Shown here in pieces: positions 1 through 10,498 of a DNA stretch of 61,186 nucleotides; position 1 is the stretch's first letter, and the number at the start of each line of letters is the position of its first letter. The position numbers and the translations under genes are program-made. The notes beneath the pieces are model-generated. The model had not been told where the DNA came from. It did no database searches and was given only the letters and a program-made list of their open reading frames with translations. This DNA comes from an uncultured Enterobacteriaceae bacterium (GTDB lineage: Bacteria > Pseudomonadota > Gammaproteobacteria > Burkholderiales > SG8-39), in assembly GCA_964400745.1 (NCBI GenBank), contig CAYNVY010000004.1, positions 1 to 61,186 on the forward strand. Direction: 5' to 3'.

Positions 1-245
1 TGATCGAGCAGGAATACGGCGAGCGCATCGTCGAAGTGCAGCAGGACGTCAGCGCTGTTGCAATGACTGTAGCCGAAGCCAAGTTGCTGGGCACTCGTGC
101 GCGCACACCGGCACTGCGCATCGTTCGCTATTACCTTGCCAGCAATGACCGCCTGCTGTCGGCGTCGATCAATACCTACCCTGCCGACCGCTTCCACTTC
201 TCTACGCACTGGCGCCTGGAATGGGGCAAGGCACCGGCGGAGTAA
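1..245 (+). CDS. GntR-family regulator, C-terminal UTRA domain (5' truncated by window)
   Basis: EVQQDVSAV...PALRIVRYY...SINTYPADRFHF resembles the UTRA C-terminus. Confidence 0.7.
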   Translation, partial: IEQEYGERIVEVQQDVSAVAMTVAEAKLLGTRARTPALRIVRYYLASNDRLLSASINTYPADRFHFSTHWRLEWGKAPAE

Positions 246-331
246 GCTTGTCGCAGGGCCGTTTCGGAAATTCCGTCACGGTCGCTGATCCAGCGGAACA
301 TCAGGGCTAGTCCCCGGAGGGGCTTTCCCCC

Positions 332-655
332 TCAAGGGCGGATCGCGACCTCCATGAACGAGACCACGGGTATGTCCAGCATTTCGCGCAGCTCGACCAG
401 GCCGGGGTCGAAGGAATTGGCCAGCACGAAGGCGTCGTAGCCGCCTTCGCGGCGAATCCGCAGTCCGTGGTCGATGACTTCGCGCACGTCGTAGTTCATG
501 AACAGCCGGAATTGGTCGGCCAGGGCGCCGCTGCTGGTGCCGTGCACCTCGACCGTGGTGCCGGGCGCCTTGGCGCGATCAGCCAGCCCCTGGCATGCAG
601 CCAGGAAGTGATTCATGCCGGTCTCCGAGGAGACGAGCTGGTACCAAAGCCGCAT
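332..655 (-). pseudogene. Truncated Asp/Glu/hydantoin racemase-family gene
   Basis: MRLWYQ...GYDAFVLANSFDPGLVELREMLDIPVV matches the family N-half; stops after ~107 aa (family ~250 aa). Confidence 0.65.
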
Positions 656-687
656 GGTCCGGTTCCTTTTAAGGGGCGCAGCGCATG

Positions 688-2169
688 TCAGACATCTTTC
701 GCCAAGCCTGCGGCCACGCAGGCATCGCGTCCGGCAATGCGCCCGAATACCGCGCCGCGCAGGACTGAAGTCGCCCCGGTATAGACCTGGTAGTACAGGC
801 CGGCGGCCTCGCCTGCCGCATACAAACCCGGGATCGGGCGCCCGTCGTTGTCGATCACTTGCGCGCGCTTGTTGGTTTTCACCCCGCCGTAGGTGAAGCA
901 GTTTCCGGCGATGATCGGATATGCGTAGAAAGGCGGCGCGTCGATAGGACGCGACCAGTTCGATTTTTTCGGCTCCAGGCCAGAAGTGGAAAGCCCGTCC
1001 GGCGCGAGGGGGGAAAAGGGTCCCTTCCCGCACGCGCTGTTGTACGCCGTAATCGTCCTTTCCAGCCCCTCGGCGGAGATGCCGCAGGCAGCCGCAATCC
1101 CCGCGACGCTGCCGGCCTGCATGGCGGGGTGGTCGGTGCGTATGCTCTTCTTCCAGTTCGGGACGTCGTCGATGCGGCTGTCGAAGATGACATACGCGAT
1201 GCCCTCGGGCTGGTCCTTGATCGCGCGCGTAATGTGATCGTAGTTGACGTCGACAGGACCGGGCGCCTCGTCCACGAAGCGCATGCCGTGAATGTTGACC
1301 AGCACGCCATAGGGAAAATTCATGACCAGCGCCTCGGCCAGAGTCGACCTCGGGTCAAGCGGTTCGGCATGGAAGGAGCTGAAGTCGCCCGCGGGCGCCG
1401 CGCCCGCGCCCAAGGCCATGCGAATGCCGTCACCTTTGTTGTAATAGCCGCCGCGCGCGACCGGCCGGATGAATTTGGCGGAGCCGCCCATGTACTGGGT
1501 GAGCATTTCCGGGTTGCCCTCGTACCCGCCCGAGGCGAGCATGACCGACCTGGCTTTCAGCGTGAGATATTGGCCTGCGTTTCCCGTCGCCTTGATCCGC
1601 AGACTTGCGTCCGTGTCGTCGCGCGACAGCCGGGTCGCCGTCGTCTCGTACAGGATGCGCACGCCGCCCTTGAGCGCGTGCGCGCGCAGCGCTTCGATCA
1701 GCGCGAGGCCGCCGCCAACCGGCATCAGTCGCGGCGCAGCCGCGGTGACGAAGTACGTCGGCAGCGCTTCGAAACGTATCCCGAACGTCTTCAGCCACTG
1801 TATCGTCGGTCCGGCCTGGCTCGCGAGCGTCGAAACCAGTTCCGGGTCCGGCATGCCGTGCGCCTTGACATAAGGCGGCCAGTTCTCATAGGGCGACGCA
1901 GCATGCCGAATCACGTTGGGATCGATGTTGTGGCCCGCATTCGTAACCAGCAATTCCTCGAAATCGTCGCTGACCTCGTGCTCGCTCTTCATGCGCAGGT
2001 AGGCCTCGGTCCAGCGCGTGTTCCCGCCGAAATCGTCCTCTGCGGCCCGTTCGAGCACGGCCACTTTCGCGCCGCCCTGCATCGCCGAAACCGCGGTGGA
2101 AAGTCCGGCGATGCCGCAGCCCACGACGATCAGGTCAAACGACAGCTCGGTTCCGCATTCAGGCGTCAT
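688..2169 (-). CDS. FAD-dependent oxidoreductase (TcuA/flavocytochrome c flavin-subunit-like)
   Basis: DLIVVGCGIAG FAD motif, LASGGY, TYGGVKTN, IPGLYAAGE. Confidence 0.85.
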   Translation of the reverse strand: MTPECGTELSFDLIVVGCGIAGLSTAVSAMQGGAKVAVLERAAEDDFGGNTRWTEAYLRMKSEHEVSDDFEELLVTNAGHNIDPNVIRHAASPYENWPPYVKAHGMPDPELVSTLASQAGPTIQWLKTFGIRFEALPTYFVTAAAPRLMPVGGGLALIEALRAHALKGGVRILYETTATRLSRDDTDASLRIKATGNAGQYLTLKARSVMLASGGYEGNPEMLTQYMGGSAKFIRPVARGGYYNKGDGIRMALGAGAAPAGDFSSFHAEPLDPRSTLAEALVMNFPYGVLVNIHGMRFVDEAPGPVDVNYDHITRAIKDQPEGIAYVIFDSRIDDVPNWKKSIRTDHPAMQAGSVAGIAAACGISAEGLERTITAYNSACGKGPFSPLAPDGLSTSGLEPKKSNWSRPIDAPPFYAYPIIAGNCFTYGGVKTNKRAQVIDNDGRPIPGLYAAGEAAGLYYQVYTGATSVLRGAVFGRIAGRDACVAAGLAKDV

Positions 2170-2181
2170 GGTCGCTCCCGC

Positions 2182-3693
2182 TCAGTACTTGCGAATGAAG
2201 GGGTCTGGCATGTCGAGGTCGCTGCTGATCCACACGCTTTTGACCTCCAGAAACTCTTTCACCGCGTCCATGCCGCCTTCGCGGCCGATGCCGCTGTTCT
2301 TGTATCCGCCGAAGGGCGTGGTAAAGCTGGTGGAACGATAGTTGTTGATCCACACGGTGCCGGCTTTTAATTTCTCCGACATCAGCATCGCCCGGTGCAG
2401 GCTCTTGGTCCAGACGCCGGCCGCGAGTCCGAAGCGGATGTCGTTGCCGATGCGGATCGCGTCGTTCTCGTCCTTGAACTTCAGCACCGACAGCACCGGG
2501 CCGAACACTTCTTCCTGAGCGATGCGCATGTCGTTCGTGACGTTCGTGAAAATCGTCGGTTCGACAAACTGGCCCGCGCCGTACTCCGGGCCCTTGGGCG
2601 TATTGCCGCCGAAGACGCATTTCGCTCCTTCCGCCTTGGCGATGCCGATGTAGCTTACCACCTTGTCGAATTGCGGCCTTGTCGCGACCGGTCCGACCTG
2701 GACATCGGGCCTTGCCGGATCGCCGAGCTTGGCATTGCGCGTGATCGCTATCAGGCGTTCGACAAATTCGTCATGGATGCTCTCCTGCAGCAGCAGCCGC
2801 GAGCCGGCCATGCAGGTCTGCCCTCCGGCGGAAAAAATGCCGGTAATCACGCCGTTGGCGGCGCGCACTAGATCCGCATCGTCGAAAACGATGTTGGGCG
2901 ATTTGCCGCCGAGCTCGAGGGTCACCCGCTTGAAATGCTCTGCCGCGAGCACGTTGACTTTGCGTCCGCCCTCGTCGCCGCCGGTAAACGCGATCATCGC
3001 GACCTTGGGATGAACGACCAGCGGTTCCCCCACGTCCTTGCCGAACCCGGTGACGACGTTGAATACGCCGGGCGGGAATCCGGCCTCGACGAACAGCTTG
3101 GCAAGCTCCAGCAGCGACACCGAGGTGTGCTCGGAGGGTTTCGCCACGATGGTGTTTCCCGCGGCAAGCGCGGGCGCCGCCTTCCACGCAGTCAAGAGGA
3201 GCGAGGAATTCCACGGCGTGATCGTGCCGACGACGCCGATGGGCTCCAGCCGCGTGTAGTTGAACACTTTCGGCTTGTCCATCGGGATTACGGCGCCCTG
3301 GATCTTGTCCGCGAGCCCGGCGTAGTAGTAGAAGTACTTGGCCACGTAACCGACCTGGCCGCGAACCTCGCTGCGCAGCTTGCCGTTGTCGCGCGCCTCG
3401 GCTTCGGTCAGGGAATCGAGGTTCTTCTCGATCAGCGCGGCGAGCTTGAGCAGCAGCATGCCGCGATTCGTCGCCGACAGCTGCGACCAGGGGCCTTCGA
3501 GCGCCTGCGCCGCTGCCTGCACCGCGCGGTCCACATCCTTCGCGTTGCCGCGCGGAATCAGCGCCCAGGGCAAGCCGGAATACGGGTCTAGCGATTCGAA
3601 GCATTCGCCCGAGCTAGAGTCGACCCACTCATTGCCGATAAATAATTTGTAGCGGTTGATCGCCTGGTCGGCAGCCTTGCTTTGCGCGCTCAT
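2182..3693 (-). CDS. NAD(P)-dependent aldehyde dehydrogenase
   Basis: ITPWN, LELGGKSP, GQTCMAG, EEVFGPV, PFGGYKNSGIGRE. Confidence 0.95.
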   Translation of the reverse strand: MSAQSKAADQAINRYKLFIGNEWVDSSSGECFESLDPYSGLPWALIPRGNAKDVDRAVQAAAQALEGPWSQLSATNRGMLLLKLAALIEKNLDSLTEAEARDNGKLRSEVRGQVGYVAKYFYYYAGLADKIQGAVIPMDKPKVFNYTRLEPIGVVGTITPWNSSLLLTAWKAAPALAAGNTIVAKPSEHTSVSLLELAKLFVEAGFPPGVFNVVTGFGKDVGEPLVVHPKVAMIAFTGGDEGGRKVNVLAAEHFKRVTLELGGKSPNIVFDDADLVRAANGVITGIFSAGGQTCMAGSRLLLQESIHDEFVERLIAITRNAKLGDPARPDVQVGPVATRPQFDKVVSYIGIAKAEGAKCVFGGNTPKGPEYGAGQFVEPTIFTNVTNDMRIAQEEVFGPVLSVLKFKDENDAIRIGNDIRFGLAAGVWTKSLHRAMLMSEKLKAGTVWINNYRSTSFTTPFGGYKNSGIGREGGMDAVKEFLEVKSVWISSDLDMPDPFIRKY

Positions 3694-3802
3694 ATTGGCC
3701 TCGGGTGACTTGGGAACTGGGTATAGGCGAAGCAGCGAACCCGCCGCCTCGCACCAGGTTCACATTGTCATCGCAGCCGCCGATTTCTTCAAACGACAAT
3801 TT

Positions 3803-4783
3803 CTAAAGGCTTTGTGAGCGTTTGGCACCGTCTCTCCTTCGGGGGATATCTTTGCCGCCGCGGCGCGCGCCGGCGCCCTGCCCCCCGCGTTCCTGCAGGT
3901 AGCGTGCGGCCTCGGACTCCAGCCAGGAGACAAAGACATTCAGCGGCCATTGATCATGCTTTTGCTCGGGGTAGACGACGCAATAGGTCTTGTCGGCGGA
4001 CACGTGGCCGGCATAGGGCATGACCAGCGTGCCGTCGCGCAACTCGTCGACCACGTACAGCTTTGGCACCAGCGCCATGCCCAGGCCCGCGCGCGCCGCC
4101 TCTATCACCATCGAAAACAGGTCATACCTTGGGCCGGCCATCGGATTGACGCCGTCCTCGCCTACGCAGTCCCACCATTTCTTCCATTCGTCCGAGCGCC
4201 CGCGCTTGTGCAGGAGCGTGAGGTTCCTGAGGTCGGACGCCTTGGCCGCGCCGCCGGGAGGGAGCAACCCGGGAACGCACACGGTCACCAGCTCTTCCGC
4301 GAACAGAATCTTCTTCATCATGCCGGCCCACGCCGGATGGTCGTAATGAATCGCCGCGTCGAATGCGCTGTCGGCGAACAGGAATGGCTCCGGTCGCTCG
4401 CTCAGGTTGACGGTAATGCCGGGATTGCTCGCGTGGAATTTGGGCAGGCGCGGAATGATCCACCTGTTCGTGAATGTGGGGATCACTGCCAGTTCCAGCA
4501 CGCCGCTTTCCGGGCGCCCGATGAGGCTCAAGGTATCCTTCTCGATGCGCGCCAGGCTCGCCGCGACCTGCTCCGAGTACAGACGCGCCGCGTCCGTAAG
4601 GTGCACGCGATTCTTGACGCGCGCAAACAGCACCACCCCGAGGTACTCCTCGAGCCGCGCAATCTTCCGGCTGACCGCGCCTTCGGTCATGTGCAGTTCT
4701 TCCGCCGCCCTGGAAAAGCTTCCGTGCCGCGCCGCAGCCTCGAATGCGAGTAGCGAACCGGTGCTAGGCATCTTGCGTTTCAA
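3803..4783 (-). CDS. LysR-family regulator (GcvA-like)
   Basis: LLAFEAAARHGSFSRAAEELHMTEGAVSRKIARLE HTH plus LysR substrate domain. Confidence 0.92.
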   Translation of the reverse strand: MKRKMPSTGSLLAFEAAARHGSFSRAAEELHMTEGAVSRKIARLEEYLGVVLFARVKNRVHLTDAARLYSEQVAASLARIEKDTLSLIGRPESGVLELAVIPTFTNRWIIPRLPKFHASNPGITVNLSERPEPFLFADSAFDAAIHYDHPAWAGMMKKILFAEELVTVCVPGLLPPGGAAKASDLRNLTLLHKRGRSDEWKKWWDCVGEDGVNPMAGPRYDLFSMVIEAARAGLGMALVPKLYVVDELRDGTLVMPYAGHVSADKTYCVVYPEQKHDQWPLNVFVSWLESEAARYLQERGGQGAGARRGGKDIPRRRDGAKRSQSL

Positions 4784-4914
4784 GTCCGTATCTCCTTTCG
4801 TTGAGAAGGCGATATCAGCGACGCGGCGCTTTCCAATATTGCGCCGTAAAATCGACCATATCCTCTATCATTATGCGGTGAAACTGAAATTCAATCGCCT
4901 TTCAGAAACGGGAG

Positions 4915-5473
4915 CAACAATACAATCCATCCTCCCAGGGCTGGCGGTCGCGCTGTTGGCGTTCGCGCCCCAGTTTGCGGCGGCCGACTATCCGGAAAAG
5001 CCGATACGCTTCATCGTGCCCTACGCCGCCGGCGGCACCACCGATCTCCTGTCGCGCGCGATCGCGCAAGAGCTGTCTGAGGCCTGGGCCAGGGCGTGAT
5101 GCCGGACAATCGTCCGGGCGCGGGTGGCAACATCGGCGCCGAAATCGCAGCCAAGTCGCCGCCGGACGGCTACACGCTGCTGATGGCGCCGGCGATGCCC
5201 GATGTGCCGACCATGTCCGAATCCGGCCTGCCCGGGTTCGACGCCACGGCCTGGTACTCCATCGTCGTGCCCGCCGGGACACCCGCACCCATCATCGCCC
5301 GCCTGAATACGGAACTGGTGAAAATCCTCAAGTCACCGGACATACGCGATCGGCTGATCAGCGAAGGCGCCGATGTCGAGACCAGCACTCCGGAGGAACT
5401 CACCGCCTTCGTCCGCACCGAGATTCCGAAGTGGGCCAAAGCGGTGAAGGAATCCGGCACCAAGCTGGATTGA
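4915..5473 (+). pseudogene. Degraded Bug/TctC substrate-binding protein gene
   Basis: YPEKPIRFIVPYAAGGTTD, frameshift near 5095, then DNRPGAGGNIG...PPDGYTLLM joined directly to PDVPTMSESG (large internal deletion). Confidence 0.8.
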
Positions 5474-5556
5474 GTCGGTCGACTGGGTCGGTCGACTGAC
5501 TCTTTCGACCGAGTCGTTCGATTGGGTCGGTCGACTGACTTCGTCGTCCGAGTCGG
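5472..5556. repeat. Degenerate tandem repeat, 2 x 39 bp built from 13-bp subunits
   Basis: Units 5472-5510 and 5511-5549 (gagtcggtcgact/gggtcggtcgact subunits) plus a partial third copy. Confidence 0.75.
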
Positions 5557-5613
5557 CCGGGCTGCTTCCCCGCTCGCGGCCCGATCTGCCGCGGCGGAGC
5601 CGCCCGTTGCCGC

Positions 5614-6609
5614 TCAATATTCGAACTTGACGTTTTTCTTCTTGAGGGTCGCGATCGTTTCGATGTTCCAGGTCATGCCCGCTTTCAGCACCTCGGCATA
5701 CTCGCTGGAGTTCGCAGGATAGGGGTCCAGCCCCATGTTGATCAGTGCATCGCGGAATTCGGGCTGCGCGACATAGCGCGAAATTTCGGCCGAGAGCTTG
5801 TCGATAATCGGCTTCGGTGTCCCCGCAGGCGCGATGATGCCGTAGGGCGCGCGCTTCTGGCCGTAGAATCCGGGCAGCCCGGCCTCGTCGAAAGTAGGCA
5901 AGTCGGGCAGCAAGGGCGAGCGCTTCTTGCCCGTGGTCGCCAGGGCTTTGACCCGGCCCGATTTGATATAGGGCGCGCCGGTCGCGGTGGTCGCGAAATA
6001 CATGTCCACCTCCCCGCCCAGAAGCCCGGTAAGCGCCGGCCCGGCGCCTTTGTAGGGAATGTGCTGCGTGTTGATCCCGGCCGAGAGGTTCAGCACTTCG
6101 CTCGCCAGATGCTGCGAGCCGCCGATGGCCGGCGTGGCGTAGTTCAGCTTGCCGGGCCGGGCTTTGGCATAGGCGATGAATTCTTCCAGACTGTTCACCG
6201 GCACCGAGGGATGCAGCAGCAGGATGAGTTCGGTCGCCGCGATGGTGGCGACCGGCGTGAAGTCCTTGATCGGATCGTAGGGCGCCTTGAGCAGCAGCGG
6301 CGCGAGCACGTGGACGCTATCGACCACCATGAGGCTGTAGCCGTCGGGCGCGGACTTGGCCAGGGCCTCGGTGCCGATGATGGTTCCCCCGCCCGGGCGA
6401 TTGTCCACGATCACCTGCTGGCCCCAGCTCTCGGTCAACTTCTGTCCGATCAGGCGCGCGACCAGACTCGTCGTGCCGCCCGCGGCGTAGCCGGTGATGA
6501 GACGTATCGGCTTGTTCGGGTAGTCCGTCTGCGCGTTCGCCGACGCGGCCAATACCGCGAGCGCAGTCAAAGCCAGTACGCGCAACGCCGCGCTGAAATA
6601 GTGGGTCAT
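5614..6609 (-). CDS. Bug/TctC tripartite tricarboxylate transporter substrate-binding protein
   Basis: Signal peptide, YPNKPIRLI, DNRPGGG, APDGYSL, HIPYKGAGPA. Confidence 0.92.
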   Translation of the reverse strand: MTHYFSAALRVLALTALAVLAASANAQTDYPNKPIRLITGYAAGGTTSLVARLIGQKLTESWGQQVIVDNRPGGGTIIGTEALAKSAPDGYSLMVVDSVHVLAPLLLKAPYDPIKDFTPVATIAATELILLLHPSVPVNSLEEFIAYAKARPGKLNYATPAIGGSQHLASEVLNLSAGINTQHIPYKGAGPALTGLLGGEVDMYFATTATGAPYIKSGRVKALATTGKKRSPLLPDLPTFDEAGLPGFYGQKRAPYGIIAPAGTPKPIIDKLSAEISRYVAQPEFRDALINMGLDPYPANSSEYAEVLKAGMTWNIETIATLKKKNVKFEY

Positions 6610-6683
6610 GAAATCGTCTCCGCTCAAGTTGGGTGTATTCGATGACAGGCGCCGGCGTCCTGTGCGCTTATCGGCCAGGAAAA

Positions 6684-9173
6684 CTATAGCACCCGCGAAT
6701 CCATGCAGGGCGCGCGGTCGTGCAGCGAACTCTTTTCGCCTTGCGCGTTGGCGAAGCGCGCCACCGCCTCGCACAGGTCTTCGACCGTGTTGGGCTTGTA
6801 TATCAGCTCGCGTATGCCGGCGGCGGGCGCCTTGGCGCGCAGTTCCTCGGTGATGTAACCGGAGGCCATCACCACCGGCAGATCCGGCCGTATCTCCTTC
6901 AGCGCTTGCGCCACCTCCAGCCCGGACATGCCCGGCATGTAGTAGTCGGTCACTGCGAGATCGAACTGAGCGGGGTCGGCCCGCACCGCCGCTAGCGCCT
7001 TGCGCGGCTCGGTGTAGCCGCTCACGCGATAGCCCTGGCGCTCCAGCAGGCGCTTCATCAGGAAGATGATGGCCTCCTCGTCGTCCAGATAGAGCACGTG
7101 CTTACCTTGACCGCCGACCGAAGACCGACCAGGGTCGGGCTCCGCGACCTCCGCCACCGGCGCCTCGACCGCCGGAAAATAAATGCAGAAGGTGCTGCCT
7201 TTGCCGGGTACGCTCTCGACCTCTATAACCGCCTCGTGCGACCGCACGATGCCATATACCACCGACAGACCCAGCCCCGTCCCCGCCCCTCTCGGCCTGG
7301 TGGTAAAGAACGGCTCGAAGATGCGCGAGCGCGTCGCCGCGTCCATGCCCGGTCCGTTATCGCTGACGCAAAGCCGCGCGTAGCGGCCGGGACGAAGATC
7401 GCCGTTCGCCTCCGCCTGCTCCCACGCGTCCAGGCGGATATCGATCACGCCCGGCCGTTCCTGATCCCGCACCGCCTGCAGGGCGTTGCTGCACAGATTG
7501 AGCAATATCTGCTTTAGCTGGGTCGCATCGGCCAGCACCGGGGGAGTGTCTGCCTCGCAACTCACGTTCAGGCTGATCATCGCGGGCAGCGTGGCGCGCA
7601 CCAGCCGTGCCGACTCCACCACCACCAGCGCCGTCGACATCACCTTGCGTTCCAGCTTCTGCCTCCGGCCGAACGCGAGTATCTGCTGCACCAGATCCTT
7701 TGCCCGGCGGCCCGCCTTGGCAATTTCCTCCAGACTGACCAGCGCGTCGTGCCCCGGCCCCAGGTCCTGGCGCGCCAATTCCACATTCCCCATGATCGCC
7801 GCCAGCGCATTGTTGAAGTCGTGCGCCACGCCTCCGGCCAGCGTACCCAGCGCCTCCATCTTCTGCGACTCGCGCAACTGCGCTTCCAGCGCTTCGCGGG
7901 CATCTTCGAACTGCTTGCGCTCGGTGATGTCCTGCAAGGTACCGAACAACCTGACGGCTTTGCCGTTTTGGGTCACGGCATCGCACTGGATGCGCACCCA
8001 GACGCGCCGCCCCGTCCCGGTGGTCAATGGCAGTTCCAGATCCCAGGGGCTTGCGTTTGCAATCCCGGCTTGCACCGCAGCCTGCACGGCACGCCGGTCC
8101 TGCGGGTCGAACAGGTCTATCCAGGTATCGAAGCCAGGCGCGACGGACGCATCGAGATCCAGAATGCGGCAGGCCTCCGGCGATAGAACGTGTTGCATGC
8201 CCTCCAGATCCAAGGTCCATCCGCCGACTTTGGCCAGCCTGCCCGTGCGTCCCAATTGCTCGGCCTGATCGCGCAGCTGCGCTTCGTTGGCACGTGTTTG
8301 GACCCACATCTTGGCGCCAAACGCCATGAGCAGGGAAATCAGCAGACCGAAGACGCAGTTGATTGAAAGGAGCAGCGGGTCGCCCCATCCCCGCTCCGGC
8401 GCAACGCTCAGCGTCCAGCTCGCATTGGGCACGCTCAGCGTCTCGGCCACGGGATTGATCAACGGCGCCGGCGAAGATGCGGCAATGGTCTGCTTCTGTC
8501 CCGTGTCCGGATGCGTGCGCCACAATTCGTAGCTCAGTCCTTGTCTTGGCAACTCGGCGAGCCCTGCCGATGCCAGCACATCCGGAAAACGCATCAATAC
8601 GGCCGTGAAACCCCAGAACGACGATCTATCCTTGGTCTCGCCAAAAAATACCGGCAAGCGTCCGGCGGCTCCCAGTCCGCCTTGAACCAGACTGAAGGGT
8701 CCGGCGAGCGTCAGCTTGCCGGTGTCGCGGGCGAGGAAAGCCTCTTTCGTGCGTGCCGGGTCTTGCAGAAGATCGTGCCCGATGGCCTTTTCATTCCCGG
8801 TCAGCGGGGTTGCCTGCCGGACCACGCCGCCTGGGGCCAGAAACAAGCCTGACACGCCCGGGTAAAACGGCAGCATCTCCCCCGCGACGGCTTCGAAGTC
8901 GGCGATCTTGCCTCCACCCTGACGCACCATGGCCGCCAGTGCGTAGCTCGCAGACAAGGCGCGCTCGACATTGGACTGGACGGCGTTAGCGTACTGTGCG
9001 GTTTGAGTGGAAACACGGGCACGCTCGAGCTGTAGCCGGCGCATCTCCAATTGCCAGATCGCGCCTGCCGCAACAACGACGCTGCACAGAAACACGCCGG
9101 CGGCGACCAGCAGTGGTCGGCGCAAGTAAGGGTGGCCGGAATGATGTTTGAAAAGCAATTCACTTGCCTTCAA
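6684..9173 (-). CDS. Hybrid sensor histidine kinase (CHASE-PAS-HisKA-HATPase-REC)
   Basis: Two TM segments around a CHASE-like region; GGVAHDFNN; FEPFFTT, GTGLGL; C-terminal receiver. Confidence 0.92.
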   Translation of the reverse strand: MKASELLFKHHSGHPYLRRPLLVAAGVFLCSVVVAAGAIWQLEMRRLQLERARVSTQTAQYANAVQSNVERALSASYALAAMVRQGGGKIADFEAVAGEMLPFYPGVSGLFLAPGGVVRQATPLTGNEKAIGHDLLQDPARTKEAFLARDTGKLTLAGPFSLVQGGLGAAGRLPVFFGETKDRSSFWGFTAVLMRFPDVLASAGLAELPRQGLSYELWRTHPDTGQKQTIAASSPAPLINPVAETLSVPNASWTLSVAPERGWGDPLLLSINCVFGLLISLLMAFGAKMWVQTRANEAQLRDQAEQLGRTGRLAKVGGWTLDLEGMQHVLSPEACRILDLDASVAPGFDTWIDLFDPQDRRAVQAAVQAGIANASPWDLELPLTTGTGRRVWVRIQCDAVTQNGKAVRLFGTLQDITERKQFEDAREALEAQLRESQKMEALGTLAGGVAHDFNNALAAIMGNVELARQDLGPGHDALVSLEEIAKAGRRAKDLVQQILAFGRRQKLERKVMSTALVVVESARLVRATLPAMISLNVSCEADTPPVLADATQLKQILLNLCSNALQAVRDQERPGVIDIRLDAWEQAEANGDLRPGRYARLCVSDNGPGMDAATRSRIFEPFFTTRPRGAGTGLGLSVVYGIVRSHEAVIEVESVPGKGSTFCIYFPAVEAPVAEVAEPDPGRSSVGGQGKHVLYLDDEEAIIFLMKRLLERQGYRVSGYTEPRKALAAVRADPAQFDLAVTDYYMPGMSGLEVAQALKEIRPDLPVVMASGYITEELRAKAPAAGIRELIYKPNTVEDLCEAVARFANAQGEKSSLHDRAPCMDSRVL

Positions 9174-9255
9174 AATTTAAGAAACCGCCTATGCTCCAAA
9201 CTGCCGGGCACCAGCGTATTTTACCTCGTCTCGCACCCGCCGGGCGCGACCGTCT

Positions 9256-9513
9256 TCAGTCCTTCAACGAGTCGATCAAATCCACATACTGCTGCATCGC
9301 CTGCTCCTTCGTGGTGCCGGCGATGCCGGCCCAGGCATCGTATTTGGCGCGCCCGATGAAGTCGCCCATGCCGGGGCGCTCGCCTCCCGCATCTCCGCTC
9401 GTGCCCTGCTTGTATAGCGCGTAGAGTTGCAACAGGGTATTGTTGTCCGGGCGCTCGGTGAGTTGCTTGGACGACACGACCGCGGCGTCGAATTGTTTCT
9501 GCAGATCTGACAT
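9256..9513 (-). CDS. Acyl-CoA-binding protein
   Basis: LLQLYALYKQGTSGD...AKYDAW...AMQQYV. Confidence 0.92.
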   Translation of the reverse strand: MSDLQKQFDAAVVSSKQLTERPDNNTLLQLYALYKQGTSGDAGGERPGMGDFIGRAKYDAWAGIAGTTKEQAMQQYVDLIDSLKD

Positions 9514-9607
9514 GATTTCTCCTGTTTGGGGCCGGTAGCAGGCTGCCCCGCATTTTTGGAACGAATCCTCGTCACTCGATTATAGACGTCTGTTATAGGA
9601 GTCTGGC

Positions 9608-10297
9608 ATGCCAGAAGAACGCGAATTGCGCACCGAACTGCTGGCAGCCTGCCTGAGCATGAGCCAACTGGGCCTCAGCAAGGGAACCTCCGGCAACATC
9701 AGCGTGCGCTGCGGCGACGGCTTTCTCATTACGCCCACAGGCATCGCCTATGACAAGATGACGCCGGAACATGTGGTGATGATGAACTGGGACGCGACCT
9801 ACTCGGGCGACGTCCTGCCCTCGAGCGAGTGGCGCTTTCATCGCGACGTCCTGTTCGCGCGCCCGGAACTGAACGCCGTCGTTCACACGCATTCGACCCA
9901 TGCCACCGCCGTGAGCATGCTGCACCGGGACATCCCGGCGATTCACTACATGATCGCCAGCGCCGGCGGAGCGAACATCCGCTGCGCGCCCTACCAGCTA
10001 TTCGGCAGCCAGGAACTCGCTGCTGCCGTGGTGACAGCCCTGCAGGGGCGCCGCGCCTGCCTCATGGCCCATCACGGCGTGGTGAGCGCGCATGTTTCGA
10101 TCGCGCAGGCGCTCGCACTGGCCGTCACGGTGGAAGAACTCGCCTGCCAGTACCTGCTCTGCCTGCAGTTCGGCGAGCCACCGCGACTGTCCGACGCGCA
10201 GATGGCCGAGGTGCTCGAGAAATTCAAGACCTACGGGCAACAGAGTCCGGGACAGCAGAGTCCGCCGGTGCTGGAGGGCTTGCGCCAGGCGCAATAG
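9608..10297 (+). CDS. Class II aldolase/adducin family (FucA-like)
   Basis: GTSGNISVR, PSSEWRFH, VVHTHS, MAHHG. Confidence 0.9.
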   Translation: MPEERELRTELLAACLSMSQLGLSKGTSGNISVRCGDGFLITPTGIAYDKMTPEHVVMMNWDATYSGDVLPSSEWRFHRDVLFARPELNAVVHTHSTHATAVSMLHRDIPAIHYMIASAGGANIRCAPYQLFGSQELAAAVVTALQGRRACLMAHHGVVSAHVSIAQALALAVTVEELACQYLLCLQFGEPPRLSDAQMAEVLEKFKTYGQQSPGQQSPPVLEGLRQAQ

Positions 10298-10498
10298 CGT
10301 CCGGAATCTTCCGACTGCCGTTTTTTTTCCATTCCCGCAAACCCGCTTCTTCCCACCCCGGGAACTCCGGCTTTTTACCACCATGGGAACCCTTTTCCGG
10401 CACAATAGTCCAACGCCTGCAAATGCCGCACAAAATGCCGCACATGCAGCCGCAAAAAACTTCTGCGCATTTCCGCACTTAACTGAAAAGGTTGAAAT

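Noticed and set aside
859-2370. Long antisense or alternate-frame ORFs (also 25247-26659, 35145-36836, 23768-25231, 53339-54547 and others)
   Set aside because: These are shadow ORFs of real genes in high-GC DNA: Arg/Ala-rich with no recognisable motifs.
5472-5556. Possible mini-CRISPR array
   Set aside because: The repeats are contiguous and degenerate, with no unique spacers and no cas genes in the window.
10237-10460. Short duplications (QQSPG/QQSPP codons; aaatgccgcaca x2)
   Set aside because: Two-copy micro-repeats with no supporting context.
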